Source of the DNA: Candidatus Doudnabacteria bacterium
GTDB lineage: Bacteria > Patescibacteriota > Doudnabacteria > UBA920 > VMFF01
Length of the DNA: 54,970 nt
Direction of reading: 5' to 3'
NCBI GenBank assembly: GCA_028286905.1
Contig: JAQBQP010000002.1
Location: 1-54,970 of the forward strand
Below the pieces are notes generated by a model, which worked only from the letters and a program-made list of their open reading frames with translations, had not been told where the DNA came from and did not search any database. The translations under genes and the position numbers were made by a program. This document shows positions 32,089 through 41,005 of this stretch, in pieces. Every line of letters begins with the position of its first letter. Positions within the stretch are counted from its first letter, which is position 1.

Positions 32089-32985
32089 ATGAAAAGACTT
32101 ATAATTTCCTTAGCAGTGTTATTTTTAGCAGCAGGATGCAGTAAGGAAGTCGCAGTACAAAATCAAAGCCCTTCCCCGACTGCAAATGTAAGTGATAATA
32201 CTGCTTTGTTGGATAGCTCACAAAATCCTAATTCCAATCTACCGCAGACATCAACCCAAGCTAAGCCTGGGACTGTTCCGGAAGAAAGCTCCAAAGTTAC
32301 ACTCTTAGCTTTACAGGATAGTAATGCGAAAGCTCGCGATTATCAAAGGTTGGTTAAGATAAAAGTGGATCAAGAGTTGTTGGAAGAATACTATAATACA
32401 AATTCAAGTTATCCTGCTACTTTTGCTGACAAAGCACCGGCTCCAGCTGATCTTCCTTGTTCTGCCACCGATAATGATTTTAAATATGCTACCAGTAATG
32501 ACTCATACTCACTTACTTTTTGCATCAGTAGTCCTGTAAATGGTTATTCGGCAGGCTTATTAAGCGCTGGTCCAGCAGGAATTAGCCAGTTGAAAAGCCT
32601 CTCAAAAGAAACCACGACGATTTACGACTCAGAAGTGATTGCTCTGCAAAATAAAACAACAGCAGATCTACAGCCATATATAGAAAAATTTAAATCAAAA
32701 AACGCAGACTTAACGAGAGTTTATGATATTAGTTTGATAAAATCAGCTTTGGGCTTATATTATATAGATTATAATTATTTTCCTAGTTCTTTAAATAGCC
32801 TGGCGCCTAGTTATTTAGGCACTGTTCCTAGTGCTCCGTATCCTCCCGCACAAGGTTGTAGTGTAGAAAATAATACCTATACATATAAGATAAAGCAAAA
32901 TAAGAGCGGCTACGATTTAAGTTATTGTATCGGTCAACAGACTGAAGGTTACAGCCCGGGAGTGCATAAGATTTCAATAAATTAA
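32089..32985 (+). CDS. Lipoprotein with two pilin-head-like domains
   Basis: Lipobox LAAGC. Two copies of the ...YY(N/I)..(S/Y).(Y/F)P ... P.P...C ... Y.L(T/S)(F/Y)CI pattern, which is shared with the pilin at 43320..43784. Confidence 0.7.
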   Translation: MKRLIISLAVLFLAAGCSKEVAVQNQSPSPTANVSDNTALLDSSQNPNSNLPQTSTQAKPGTVPEESSKVTLLALQDSNAKARDYQRLVKIKVDQELLEEYYNTNSSYPATFADKAPAPADLPCSATDNDFKYATSNDSYSLTFCISSPVNGYSAGLLSAGPAGISQLKSLSKETTTIYDSEVIALQNKTTADLQPYIEKFKSKNADLTRVYDISLIKSALGLYYIDYNYFPSSLNSLAPSYLGTVPSAPYPPAQGCSVENNTYTYKIKQNKSGYDLSYCIGQQTEGYSPGVHKISIN

Positions 32986-32995
32986 AGCACAAATT

Positions 32996-33021
32996 AAAAA
33001 CCACCGTTAGGTGGTTTTTTT
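32996..33021. terminator. Bidirectional terminator AAAAA-CCACC-GTTA-GGTGG-TTTTTTT between convergent genes
   Basis: A-tract and T-tract flank a 5-bp stem. Confidence 0.65.
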
Positions 33022-33042
33022 ATAAGCGAAATATAGTAAAGA

Positions 33043-33690
33043 TTAATTGGTTTTCTCTAAATAATATTCCCACTCGCCTTGAGCATTTCGAGTCGGAGTT
33101 AATTTGCGAGGTTGAAAACCCCATCCACCACCATCTGCGCTAATGTTGTACTTTAGCAATTTTCTTATCCACCATTTTGCATCCTCTTCGTTTTTGGCAA
33201 CTCCATGTGCGATGAATATGCCAATGAGATCGGCTTCACTCCTAGTACGTCCATCGCGAGCTAGATAAACATTTATCAACCGCAGTAGTTTAAATTTAAA
33301 AGCTTCTTTAAAAGGTAAGTCGCTAGTGTTATTAAAGAGTTCTATAAAGGCTACTTTTGCTTTTGTTAATAAGCTTCCGTAAGTACCAGTTGATTCCGGA
33401 GAGCCAAAGTTCATAAAAAACTCATCCAAATTTTTTGGATATTCGCTCTCTAATTTGTTAATCGGCGCTCTGCCTTCCTGGATAGATTTTCTAATCTGTT
33501 CCAGTTGCGCCTCAATTTCTAATGGATCGTATGTATTCGAAGCTAGTGATCGATCTGGGTTCTCAATTTTTTTTAGTTGGTCCGCAGTAACATTTAATCG
33601 TGGTTCTGCTTCAGCGTCACTTAAGCTACGCGGCTTTTCCCCGTCAAGTTGTTCCTGGGTTCGGGTTGTAATTTCTGCTTTTTTTATCAT
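33043..33690 (-). CDS. Hypothetical protein
   Basis: I prefer the ATG at 33690 (MIKKAEI...) over the TTG at 33723. No motif recognised. Confidence 0.5.
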   Translation of the reverse strand: MIKKAEITTRTQEQLDGEKPRSLSDAEAEPRLNVTADQLKKIENPDRSLASNTYDPLEIEAQLEQIRKSIQEGRAPINKLESEYPKNLDEFFMNFGSPESTGTYGSLLTKAKVAFIELFNNTSDLPFKEAFKFKLLRLINVYLARDGRTRSEADLIGIFIAHGVAKNEEDAKWWIRKLLKYNISADGGGWGFQPRKLTPTRNAQGEWEYYLEKTN

Positions 33691-33934
33691 ATTTATTTTT
33701 AATATATTCACAGTGTACTCCAAAATGGTAACAATGTTAAGTCGATTGGAAGACCTTGTTTGTTAAAAACAATTACCATTTTGAATGGAAAGAGCAATGT
33801 CGTACTTCAGGAAAAAGTTTTGGAAAGGGTGGTTTAGATTGGTTTTGCTACGCGCAGAGTCAGTTTATTTTGTCTAGCGATTATTGTATAATATAGACAA
33901 TAATTTAATAGGAACCTTGGTTAGGTAAAATAAA

Positions 33935-34930
33935 ATGAAATCAAAAGAAGAAGCTTTGGCTTACGTTAAATCCTTAGCGGAGCAGCAACTGGTTACCAGA
34001 GAAGAGTTAATCGCCAGCTATAATTTAGGTTTGCCCTCGGGAATTGCGACGGGTGATGGTATCGCTTTGAAAAAACAAGTTGGTATGTCAGAAATAATCT
34101 CTTATATTGGAGGAGCTATCGTGTTTTTAGGAATTGCGATTTCTCTAGAGCAAAACTGGTCCGCCCTTAGTTTTTTTACGAAGATTTTGGCGACTTTGGG
34201 CGTAAGTATAGCCGCCTATATTCTTGGAGTGGTATTAATAAAAAAAGAGAAGACAGAGATAACCGGAACCGTTTTTCTTTTAGTTGCTGCGTTAGTTGGA
34301 CCTATAGGTATCGGAGTGCTTCTTGATAATATGGGTTTTGATATGAGTACCAGCGGCTCACAAAGTGTAAATTCTGGAATATTGTTAATCATTTTCCTTT
34401 CGTCTTATTTTATTTTCAAGAAAAATGTTTTTACTCTTTTTAGCATTTTATTCGGAACGTGGTTCTACTTTGCCATTACTAATTTTTTAGTATTCAATGT
34501 TGGATCTTTTGAATACTGGAGTTTTATCGAGTATCGTCTTTTGGTCTTAGGACTGGCTTATATGCTTCTTGGTCACGGCTTCTTAAAAGGTGAGCACGCA
34601 TCGCTCTCCGGCTTCTTGTATGGTTTTGGGGTGTTTGGTTTCCTTGCAGCCGGATTAGGGCTAGGGAATTGGGAACCGCATCAGAACATATTGTGGGAAA
34701 TAATTTACCCTGGCTTAGTATTTGGTATATTGTTTGTAAGCGTGTATCTAAAAAACAAAGCATTTCTTATCTGGGGGACTATATTCTTAATGATTTATAT
34801 TCTTAAAATCACATCTGAATATTTTTCTTCAAATCTTGGCTGGTCCCTTGCACTGGTTATTGCTGGGCTAGCAATGATTGGCGTAGGTTACTTTTCTGTT
34901 TCGCTAAAAAGAAAGTACTTTGTGACATAG
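33935..34930 (+). CDS. Multi-pass membrane protein with a soluble N-terminal domain
   Basis: 331-aa ORF with about 9 hydrophobic helices. Confidence 0.6.
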   Translation: MKSKEEALAYVKSLAEQQLVTREELIASYNLGLPSGIATGDGIALKKQVGMSEIISYIGGAIVFLGIAISLEQNWSALSFFTKILATLGVSIAAYILGVVLIKKEKTEITGTVFLLVAALVGPIGIGVLLDNMGFDMSTSGSQSVNSGILLIIFLSSYFIFKKNVFTLFSILFGTWFYFAITNFLVFNVGSFEYWSFIEYRLLVLGLAYMLLGHGFLKGEHASLSGFLYGFGVFGFLAAGLGLGNWEPHQNILWEIIYPGLVFGILFVSVYLKNKAFLIWGTIFLMIYILKITSEYFSSNLGWSLALVIAGLAMIGVGYFSVSLKRKYFVT

Positions 34931-34967
34931 CAGTATACTAATCCTGTAGTATTAACTCCATAATTTA

Positions 34968-35576
34968 ATGAAAAAACTTTTAGTTTTAGGGTTTTTTGCT
35001 CTTATTGCAGCTGGCTGTAATTCTGCACAAATACCTTATCAAATGCCAAATGCTTCCGTAAGCAAACAATCGCAATCACAATCGAAACCATGCGGCTCTA
35101 ACAACGATTTGATTGTAGACCAGAGCACTGGTCTTTGTGTACAACTACCTAAACCACAATCGGAATTTACACTTACCCCGCCTAAAAGCAGTCTCTCAAT
35201 TATCAAAGGCGGGCGCAAAATTGCTATTCCGTACGTAATCAACCCAAACCCTCGCGATGTTCAACGAATGAGTGACATCAAAACCCTCATCTTTGTTTTA
35301 GAGCTTTACTATAATGATCACAGTCAGTATCCAGTAACACTTAAAGAGTTAGTGCCAAAATATTTATCTGTAGTTCCAGACGCTCCGACCCCTGCTGATG
35401 GAAAGTGTTCGATTGATCAAAATAAATATTTTTACGCGCTTACCGGTACTCCAATGGGTAGTAAATATAAGCTGACCTTTTGTTTGGGTAACGGAGTGCA
35501 GGGCCAGCCCGGAGGATACATTGACGCTGACATGGGGTCCTACCGTCTAATCGATGATCTAGGTTTATATCCCTAA
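34968..35576 (+). CDS. Lipoprotein with one pilin-head-like domain
   Basis: Lipobox IAAGC. The stretch RDVQRMSDIKTLIFVLELYYNDHSQYP...KLTFCLG parallels the pilin at 43320. Confidence 0.7.
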   Translation: MKKLLVLGFFALIAAGCNSAQIPYQMPNASVSKQSQSQSKPCGSNNDLIVDQSTGLCVQLPKPQSEFTLTPPKSSLSIIKGGRKIAIPYVINPNPRDVQRMSDIKTLIFVLELYYNDHSQYPVTLKELVPKYLSVVPDAPTPADGKCSIDQNKYFYALTGTPMGSKYKLTFCLGNGVQGQPGGYIDADMGSYRLIDDLGLYP

Positions 35577-35615
35577 TCTCTCTGTTGTTTGAGAAAATTT
35601 TAAGGTCTTAAATTA

Positions 35616-35641
35616 AAAAACCACCTAACGGTGGTTTTTTG
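35616..35641. terminator. Bidirectional terminator AAAAAA-CCACC-TAAC-GGTGG-TTTTTT (same stem as 32996-33021, loop inverted)
   Basis: Abuts the 3' end of tRNA-Ala. Confidence 0.6.
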
Positions 35642-35716
35642 GTGGACCCTGCCGGACTCGAACCGGCCGCCTCCTGCTTGCAAAGCAGGCGCTCTACCAG
35701 ATGAGCTAAGGGCCCT
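35641..35716 (-). tRNA. tRNA-Ala (anticodon UGC), CCA encoded
   Basis: Full 76-nt cloverleaf folded by hand, with the G3:U70 identity pair and anticodon loop TTTGCAA. Confidence 0.95.
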
Positions 35717-35744
35717 CATCTGTGACTCGAACATATTAACACGA

Positions 35745-35996
35745 TTATCTTGCGCCGCCAAGTACTGCTCTTAAAAGGTTGCCGACCAGATCTAGCATCC
35801 CAAAGAACCATAAGGCTCCTAGAATCGCTATTCCCAGGCCTACCAGCCGCCACCAGCTATAAGTGCCGGCAGCGAGACCTTTGCCTAAGTATTCTTCGGC
35901 GAAATCAAGCTTACCTGTGAAATTGGTGATTTCCACAGTGTAGCGCATCATCAGGATGCCTAAAACAACTAATAAAGGGCCAAGTATGAATCGCAT
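35745..35996 (-). CDS. Small 2-3 TM membrane protein encoded between tRNA-Ile and tRNA-Ala
   Basis: 83-aa ORF. Its ATG lies 5 nt after the tRNA-Ile CCA end, and its stop lies 28 nt before tRNA-Ala. Confidence 0.5.
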   Translation of the reverse strand: MRFILGPLLVVLGILMMRYTVEITNFTGKLDFAEEYLGKGLAAGTYSWWRLVGLGIAILGALWFFGMLDLVGNLLRAVLGGAR

Positions 35997-36001
35997 TTTT
36001 A

Positions 36002-36078
36002 TGGTGGGTGTGCGTGGACTCGAACCACGGACCTCTTCATTATCAGTGAAGTGCTCTAACCAACTGAGCTACACACCC
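36002..36078 (-). tRNA. tRNA-Ile (anticodon GAU), CCA encoded
   Basis: 77-nt cloverleaf folded by hand, with anticodon loop CTGATAA. Confidence 0.95.
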
Positions 36079-36166
36079 ATAATTAGATTTTTATACTTCA
36101 AGATTTTATCATTTTGAGGCGAAAAAGTAAAGAACGATAGTCGGCTTTGTTTGGTGGATAAAAACT

Positions 36167-36196
36167 TTGACATCAATGGGCTAAATCTTTTATAAT
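36167..36196 (+). promoter_or_regulatory. Promoter TTGACA-N18-TATAAT ahead of the pilus operon
   Basis: -35 at 36167-36172 and -10 at 36191-36196. Confidence 0.55.
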
Positions 36197-36241
36197 GTAG
36201 AAGTAAAAATACTCTGAGAAATAAAAAATCCAAATCAAATC

Positions 36242-37252
36242 ATGTTTTTTTCGAACAAAAAAAGTGTATTAGGGATCGACATTGGCACGACCAATATAAA
36301 GATCGCGCAAATTACCACTGATGGTAATAAACACACTTTGGATACGTATGGTTTGGTAAATGCGGCATTCGAAATTGCAGAAAACAAAGAAGACGTAATA
36401 AAGAAAACCGCAATTGTCCTTAACAATTTGATGGAAAAAGCCGGAACAACTACCAGGAAAGTGGTTGCATCGCTTCCCAATTCGGCAGTATTTACTTCAG
36501 TTATTGAAATGCCGAAGCTCAGTGAAGGCGAGTTGAAAAGCGCAATTGAGTTTGAAGCGAAAAAATATGTGCCTTTACCGATTTCTGAGATGACATTATC
36601 CTGGTCAATTATAGAAACCAGCGCAGATGGTAAAAGCAAAGTTCTAATTACTGCAGTGCCCAATTCAATTCTCCGAAGTTATTTGCGAATCTTTGAATTA
36701 GCAAAACTTGAACCGATTGCTTTGGAAATTGAAGCGCTTGCTTTGATCAGATCTTTGGTTGGGGACAAAAAAGGGAGTATACTTTTAATAGATATCGGTG
36801 CGAAAGCAACGCACTTAAATATTGTTGAAGATGGCAACCTGCTATTAACTAGAAATGTACCGGTTGGCGGCGAAACAATTACCGCAAAGATTGCCGAGAG
36901 CCTAAAAATCAGTACTGCGCGCGCCGAACAGTTTAAAAAAGATTTTGGTTTGAACCAAGCAAGTTTAATTCCAGAAACAATCAAACCGATTCTGATGACG
37001 ATGAAGAGTGAAGCGCGACAGCTGCAGAGTATTTATCAGGCAAAGTCTAAAAAATTCGATCAAATCGTTATTGTCGGCGGTACCGCAAACTTACCAGGAT
37101 TGAATGAATTTTTTAACGACCTAGGCCCAACAATTTTAAATGGAGATCCTTTAACTAAACTTAGCTTCGCTCCCGAAATAAAAACAGTGCTTGCCCAATA
37201 TGCGACCAGTCTGACAGTTGCGATTGGCTTGGCCTTAAGAACAAACAAATAA
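36242..37252 (+). CDS. pilM: Type IV pilus assembly protein PilM (actin-like ATPase fold)
   Basis: The N-terminal phosphate-1 motif GIDIGTTNIKIA, together with the length and operon position. Confidence 0.85.
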   Translation: MFFSNKKSVLGIDIGTTNIKIAQITTDGNKHTLDTYGLVNAAFEIAENKEDVIKKTAIVLNNLMEKAGTTTRKVVASLPNSAVFTSVIEMPKLSEGELKSAIEFEAKKYVPLPISEMTLSWSIIETSADGKSKVLITAVPNSILRSYLRIFELAKLEPIALEIEALALIRSLVGDKKGSILLIDIGAKATHLNIVEDGNLLLTRNVPVGGETITAKIAESLKISTARAEQFKKDFGLNQASLIPETIKPILMTMKSEARQLQSIYQAKSKKFDQIVIVGGTANLPGLNEFFNDLGPTILNGDPLTKLSFAPEIKTVLAQYATSLTVAIGLALRTNK

Positions 37253-37253
37253 A

Positions 37254-37823
37254 ATGGCAGAAATCAACTTATTACAAAACACAAATAATCGAAACACTGA
37301 GAGAAAAACGCATAATGTTGTTAATACAATTGGCGTTATAGTTTTAGTGGTTGTGATTGGGCTGTACGGTTTGTTTTTTGTTTTAACAAATAAAGCAGAT
37401 GCAGATTCTAAAGCGCTTGCCGACCAGCAAGCTCAAATTCAACAGAAGATTTCCACTGGAACTCAATACCAGCAGCTAGTGAGCGCTCAAACCAAACTTA
37501 AAAGCATCGAAAGCCTTTTAAAAACGCACACTTATTGGTGTGAGATCTTGCCAAATTTGAGTGCCGATACATTAAAATCAACAACCTACGGGAAATTTAC
37601 GGCGAATGCTAACGGTAGCGCAACAATTTCCGGGAACGTTTCAAATTTTCAGAATTTAGATAAGTTGATTCAAGGTTACCAAGTTAATAATGACAAGTTT
37701 GTAAAAGATGTAAAATTGGTGAGTGTTTCTGCTGGCTCTGGAGAGAAAATTACCACCGGCTACACGCTCAATGTAACTTTTAATCAAGCAGTATTAGCTA
37801 AATACTCAAACACATGCAATTAA
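37254..37823 (+). CDS. pilN: PilN-like bitopic pilus assembly protein
   Basis: Single TM segment followed by a coiled coil. Position directly after pilM. Confidence 0.55.
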   Translation: MAEINLLQNTNNRNTERKTHNVVNTIGVIVLVVVIGLYGLFFVLTNKADADSKALADQQAQIQQKISTGTQYQQLVSAQTKLKSIESLLKTHTYWCEILPNLSADTLKSTTYGKFTANANGSATISGNVSNFQNLDKLIQGYQVNNDKFVKDVKLVSVSAGSGEKITTGYTLNVTFNQAVLAKYSNTCN

Positions 37824-38446
37824 CTCCTGCTCAAAAATCAAGATCCGGTGTCGGACTGTTCTTAATCTGCATTATCTTAGCGGTAGTGCTGACCTTTTTC
37901 TTGGTTTGGCCAAAGTACGGTCAATATAAAGATTCCTTAGCAGCAAAAGATAACAACCAACAGTCACTAGATTTAATAAAATCCCAACAGGCCCAGGTAA
38001 CAACGCTTTATTCTAAATTGCAGGCCAGCAGCGCAGATTTAAAAAAGATTGATGTTGCAATTCCCACTGGTGTCGACATCCCTGCCGTTTATGCCTATCT
38101 GGAATCGATGGCACAAAGCCTAAATCTTGGATCAATTACTTTGCAAGGTAAAGATGAAAATGAAGTACTAGATCAAGGGAATGTGGTTGGAGTATCAGGC
38201 GCCCCAGTAAGCGGTGGACCTACTTCGATTGGAACCGGGGCACCGAAATCAAATCTTCCCGCATCGCTTGGTGCTATTGATCTGACCATGACCGTTACTG
38301 GTTCTTATCAGAACTTTGTGACCTTCTTAGGGAAAATTCAAAACAGCCTAAGACTTATAGATGTTCAGAGTATTGATGTCACTTCCAGTGAGGGTAAGCC
38401 GGATCTATCTTTTAGTATTGCGATGAAAACTTATTATCAGAAATAA
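37814..38446 (+). CDS. pilO: PilO-like bitopic pilus assembly protein
   Basis: Single TM segment followed by a coiled coil. Assigned from operon position. Confidence 0.5.
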   Translation: MQLTPAQKSRSGVGLFLICIILAVVLTFFLVWPKYGQYKDSLAAKDNNQQSLDLIKSQQAQVTTLYSKLQASSADLKKIDVAIPTGVDIPAVYAYLESMAQSLNLGSITLQGKDENEVLDQGNVVGVSGAPVSGGPTSIGTGAPKSNLPASLGAIDLTMTVTGSYQNFVTFLGKIQNSLRLIDVQSIDVTSSEGKPDLSFSIAMKTYYQK

Positions 38447-38458
38447 TCGGAAAAGAAT

Positions 38459-38833
38459 ATGACCACAAAAGAAAAAAAAGAATATGGAATATTCGCGGTA
38501 CTACTTGTGATAACACTTGGAGTTATTTATTTTAATTTTCTAAAACCAAAGCCAGCTCCGCTTGCTTCGATTTCCGCGCTTCCTGCCGACGGAACTGCGC
38601 CTAGCGCAGGACCAGCAGCTGCAATTGCTAATGGTTCGGCGCCTTCAACAGGAGCAGATGTTGTGACAGCATCACCGGGGACTGCTGCTGCATCCGTTTC
38701 GTCGCTTTTGCCTAATGGATCAAGTTTGCCGGTAGATATTTTGCAACAAAAACCATTTTCAGATTTCAACCCACCGATTTATCCAGTAGTATTAAAAAGC
38801 GATGTAGGCTCAAGCAACGTATTCGGAAAATAA
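38459..38833 (+). CDS. Small bitopic protein with an Ala/Pro/Ser-rich periplasmic region (pilus-associated)
   Basis: 124-aa ORF. Assigned by context only. Confidence 0.4.
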   Translation: MTTKEKKEYGIFAVLLVITLGVIYFNFLKPKPAPLASISALPADGTAPSAGPAAAIANGSAPSTGADVVTASPGTAAASVSSLLPNGSSLPVDILQQKPFSDFNPPIYPVVLKSDVGSSNVFGK

Positions 38834-38836
38834 AAC

Positions 38837-40576
38837 ATGCCAGAAGCTCTAAAAACTGACAACTTTGAGACCTATTTAATAGATCAGGGCTTAATTACTC
38901 AAGCCTTGTACGATAAGTTAAAGGCTCAAAGCGTACAAACAAAAGACTCGGTGTTGAATATCATCACCAGTCAGAGAATAATTCCCGGAGAGACTTTGGC
39001 TAAAGCCAAAGCTGCTTTTTTAAATATACCTTTTATTTCCTTCATGGATAAAAAGGTCGATTTAAAAGTTTTAAATTTAATCCCTCAAGAAACCTATTCT
39101 TTCTACAAATTTTTTGCTTTTGAACATCAAGGGCAGAATTTAAAAATAGCGATTACCGACCCGACTAATATTTCTGCTTTGGAAGCGTTGGAATTTTTAT
39201 CAAAAAAACTTTCTTACTCAATTCAATTGTTTGTTACTGATGATGATAGCTATAACAAAGTTATGCGTCAGGGCAAAAATGTGGAAAAGGTAGTGGACGC
39301 GGCTTTAGCAAATATTGAAGCAACTGAAAAGATCCAAAAGAAGGCTGAGAAAGTAGAAAAACCAGAATTACAGGAACTAATTCAAGATGCGCCAATTTCT
39401 AAGATCGTCGATGTTATTTTAACAAATGCGATTGATGGCAATGCCTCGGATATTCATATCGAGCCAAATGATAAAAATTTACGGATCCGCTATCGCCAAG
39501 ATGGTATTTTGCACGTCGCCTTAGAGCTGCCAAAAACAGTGCAAACCGCAGTTGTTTCAAAAATAAAAATTCTTTCAAACTTAAAAATTGATGAATCACG
39601 TTTGCCGCAGGATGGACGTTTCCATTACGAAACCGAAAGTAAATCGGTAGATTTGCGTGTATCGATTTTACCGAACGTTAATGGCGAGAAGGTGGTTATG
39701 CGTATCTTGGATAAATCTACAAAAGCACCAACTTTGGAGCAGCTTGGATTTAGAGGTAAAGGTTTGGAATGGATTTTGGAAAACATGAAGGAAACACACG
39801 GAATCTTTTTGATCACTGGTCCAACCGGTTCTGGTAAGTCTACAACCTTATATTCCTTGCTGACCATGATTAACACCAACTTGGTTAACATTATTACCCT
39901 AGAAGATCCAGTAGAATATTTTATTCCAGGAGTTAACCAAACTCAGATCAATCCAGAAATTGGCCTCACTTTCTCTACCGGGCTACGCTCGATTCTGCGT
40001 CAAGATCCGAACATCATAATGGTGGGAGAAATTCGAGACAAAGAAACTGCGGAATTGGCAGTGCAAGCGGCGCTTACTGGCCACTTAGTATTCTCTACAC
40101 TGCACACAAACGACGCAATTGGCTCGCTACCGCGTTTAATTGACATGGGCATGGAACCATTCCTGCTTGCCGCTTCGATGAACGTCGTAGAAGCACAGCG
40201 TCTTTGCCGTAAAATTTGTCCGGATTGTAAGCACGAAGTACCGGTTATTCAACAAGTTAAGGATGATTTTACTGCTGCGTTAAAAGGCGTCAATGAAAAA
40301 GAACTCGATGGCTTAGATTTGAAAAACATGAAAATTTATGAAGGATCTGGCTGTGAAAAGTGCGGCAATACGGGCTATAAAGGCCGTATTGCGATTATTG
40401 AAGTGCTTCAGATCACTGATAATGTTCAAAATTTGATTCTGGAAAAGTCCTCTCCACAAGATATTGCCGCAGAAGCAGCAAAGATGGGGATGATTACTTT
40501 GCAACAAGATGGTATTATTAAGGTATTAAAAGGGGTGACCACTTACAGCGAGGTTGTTCGCGTAACTTCAGAATAA
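38837..40576 (+). CDS. pilB: Type IV pilus assembly ATPase PilB (GspE family)
   Basis: Walker A GPTGSGKST, Asp and His boxes, and the tetracysteine motif CPDC...CEKC. Confidence 0.9.
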   Translation: MPEALKTDNFETYLIDQGLITQALYDKLKAQSVQTKDSVLNIITSQRIIPGETLAKAKAAFLNIPFISFMDKKVDLKVLNLIPQETYSFYKFFAFEHQGQNLKIAITDPTNISALEALEFLSKKLSYSIQLFVTDDDSYNKVMRQGKNVEKVVDAALANIEATEKIQKKAEKVEKPELQELIQDAPISKIVDVILTNAIDGNASDIHIEPNDKNLRIRYRQDGILHVALELPKTVQTAVVSKIKILSNLKIDESRLPQDGRFHYETESKSVDLRVSILPNVNGEKVVMRILDKSTKAPTLEQLGFRGKGLEWILENMKETHGIFLITGPTGSGKSTTLYSLLTMINTNLVNIITLEDPVEYFIPGVNQTQINPEIGLTFSTGLRSILRQDPNIIMVGEIRDKETAELAVQAALTGHLVFSTLHTNDAIGSLPRLIDMGMEPFLLAASMNVVEAQRLCRKICPDCKHEVPVIQQVKDDFTAALKGVNEKELDGLDLKNMKIYEGSGCEKCGNTGYKGRIAIIEVLQITDNVQNLILEKSSPQDIAAEAAKMGMITLQQDGIIKVLKGVTTYSEVVRVTSE

Positions 40577-40583
40577 TAAAAAT

Positions 40584-40982
40584 ATGGAAAACACAAATAC
40601 TACTGGGTCAGCAAAAAAAATACTTTTGGTGGAAGACGAACCTTTTTTAAGCGGAATGTATCAAACCAAGTTAAAGCTCGAAGGATTTGATATTGAAGCG
40701 GCTAAGGATGGAGAAGAGGCACTCGAAAAAATCAAAGTCGGAGAATTCGGTTTGATCTTACTGGACATCATGATGCCAAAGTTAAATGGCTTCGAAGTTT
40801 TAAAAAGCATTCGGAAAGACAAGGATCCCGAAATTGCAAAAGTTCCGGTGCTAATGCTTACGAACCTTGGTCAAAAGAGCGACGTTGAACAAGGATTGTT
40901 GCTAGGTGCGAATGATTATATTATCAAAGCAAATTTTACTCCTGCTGAAGTAGTCGACAAAATAAATAAGTTTCTTGTTTAA
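40584..40982 (+). CDS. Single-domain response regulator (receiver only)
   Basis: LLVEDEP...LILLDIMMP...LTN...K receiver signature. Confidence 0.9.
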   Translation: MENTNTTGSAKKILLVEDEPFLSGMYQTKLKLEGFDIEAAKDGEEALEKIKVGEFGLILLDIMMPKLNGFEVLKSIRKDKDPEIAKVPVLMLTNLGQKSDVEQGLLLGANDYIIKANFTPAEVVDKINKFLV

Positions 40983-41005
40983 AATAAAAATTTTAAAATA
41001 CAAAT

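Noticed and set aside
4214-40507. Antisense ORFs inside well-supported AT-rich genes. Examples are 4214..4483, 13800..14003, 14052..14285, 19941..20174, 20259..20531, 25041..25352, 26960..27259, 27443..27787, 36235..36663, 36679..36984, 38527..38769 and 39625..39891. The ORF at 22064..22252 was also considered.
   Set aside because: Each is shadowed by a motif-supported gene on the other strand or lies in a promoter region, and none has motifs or start signals.
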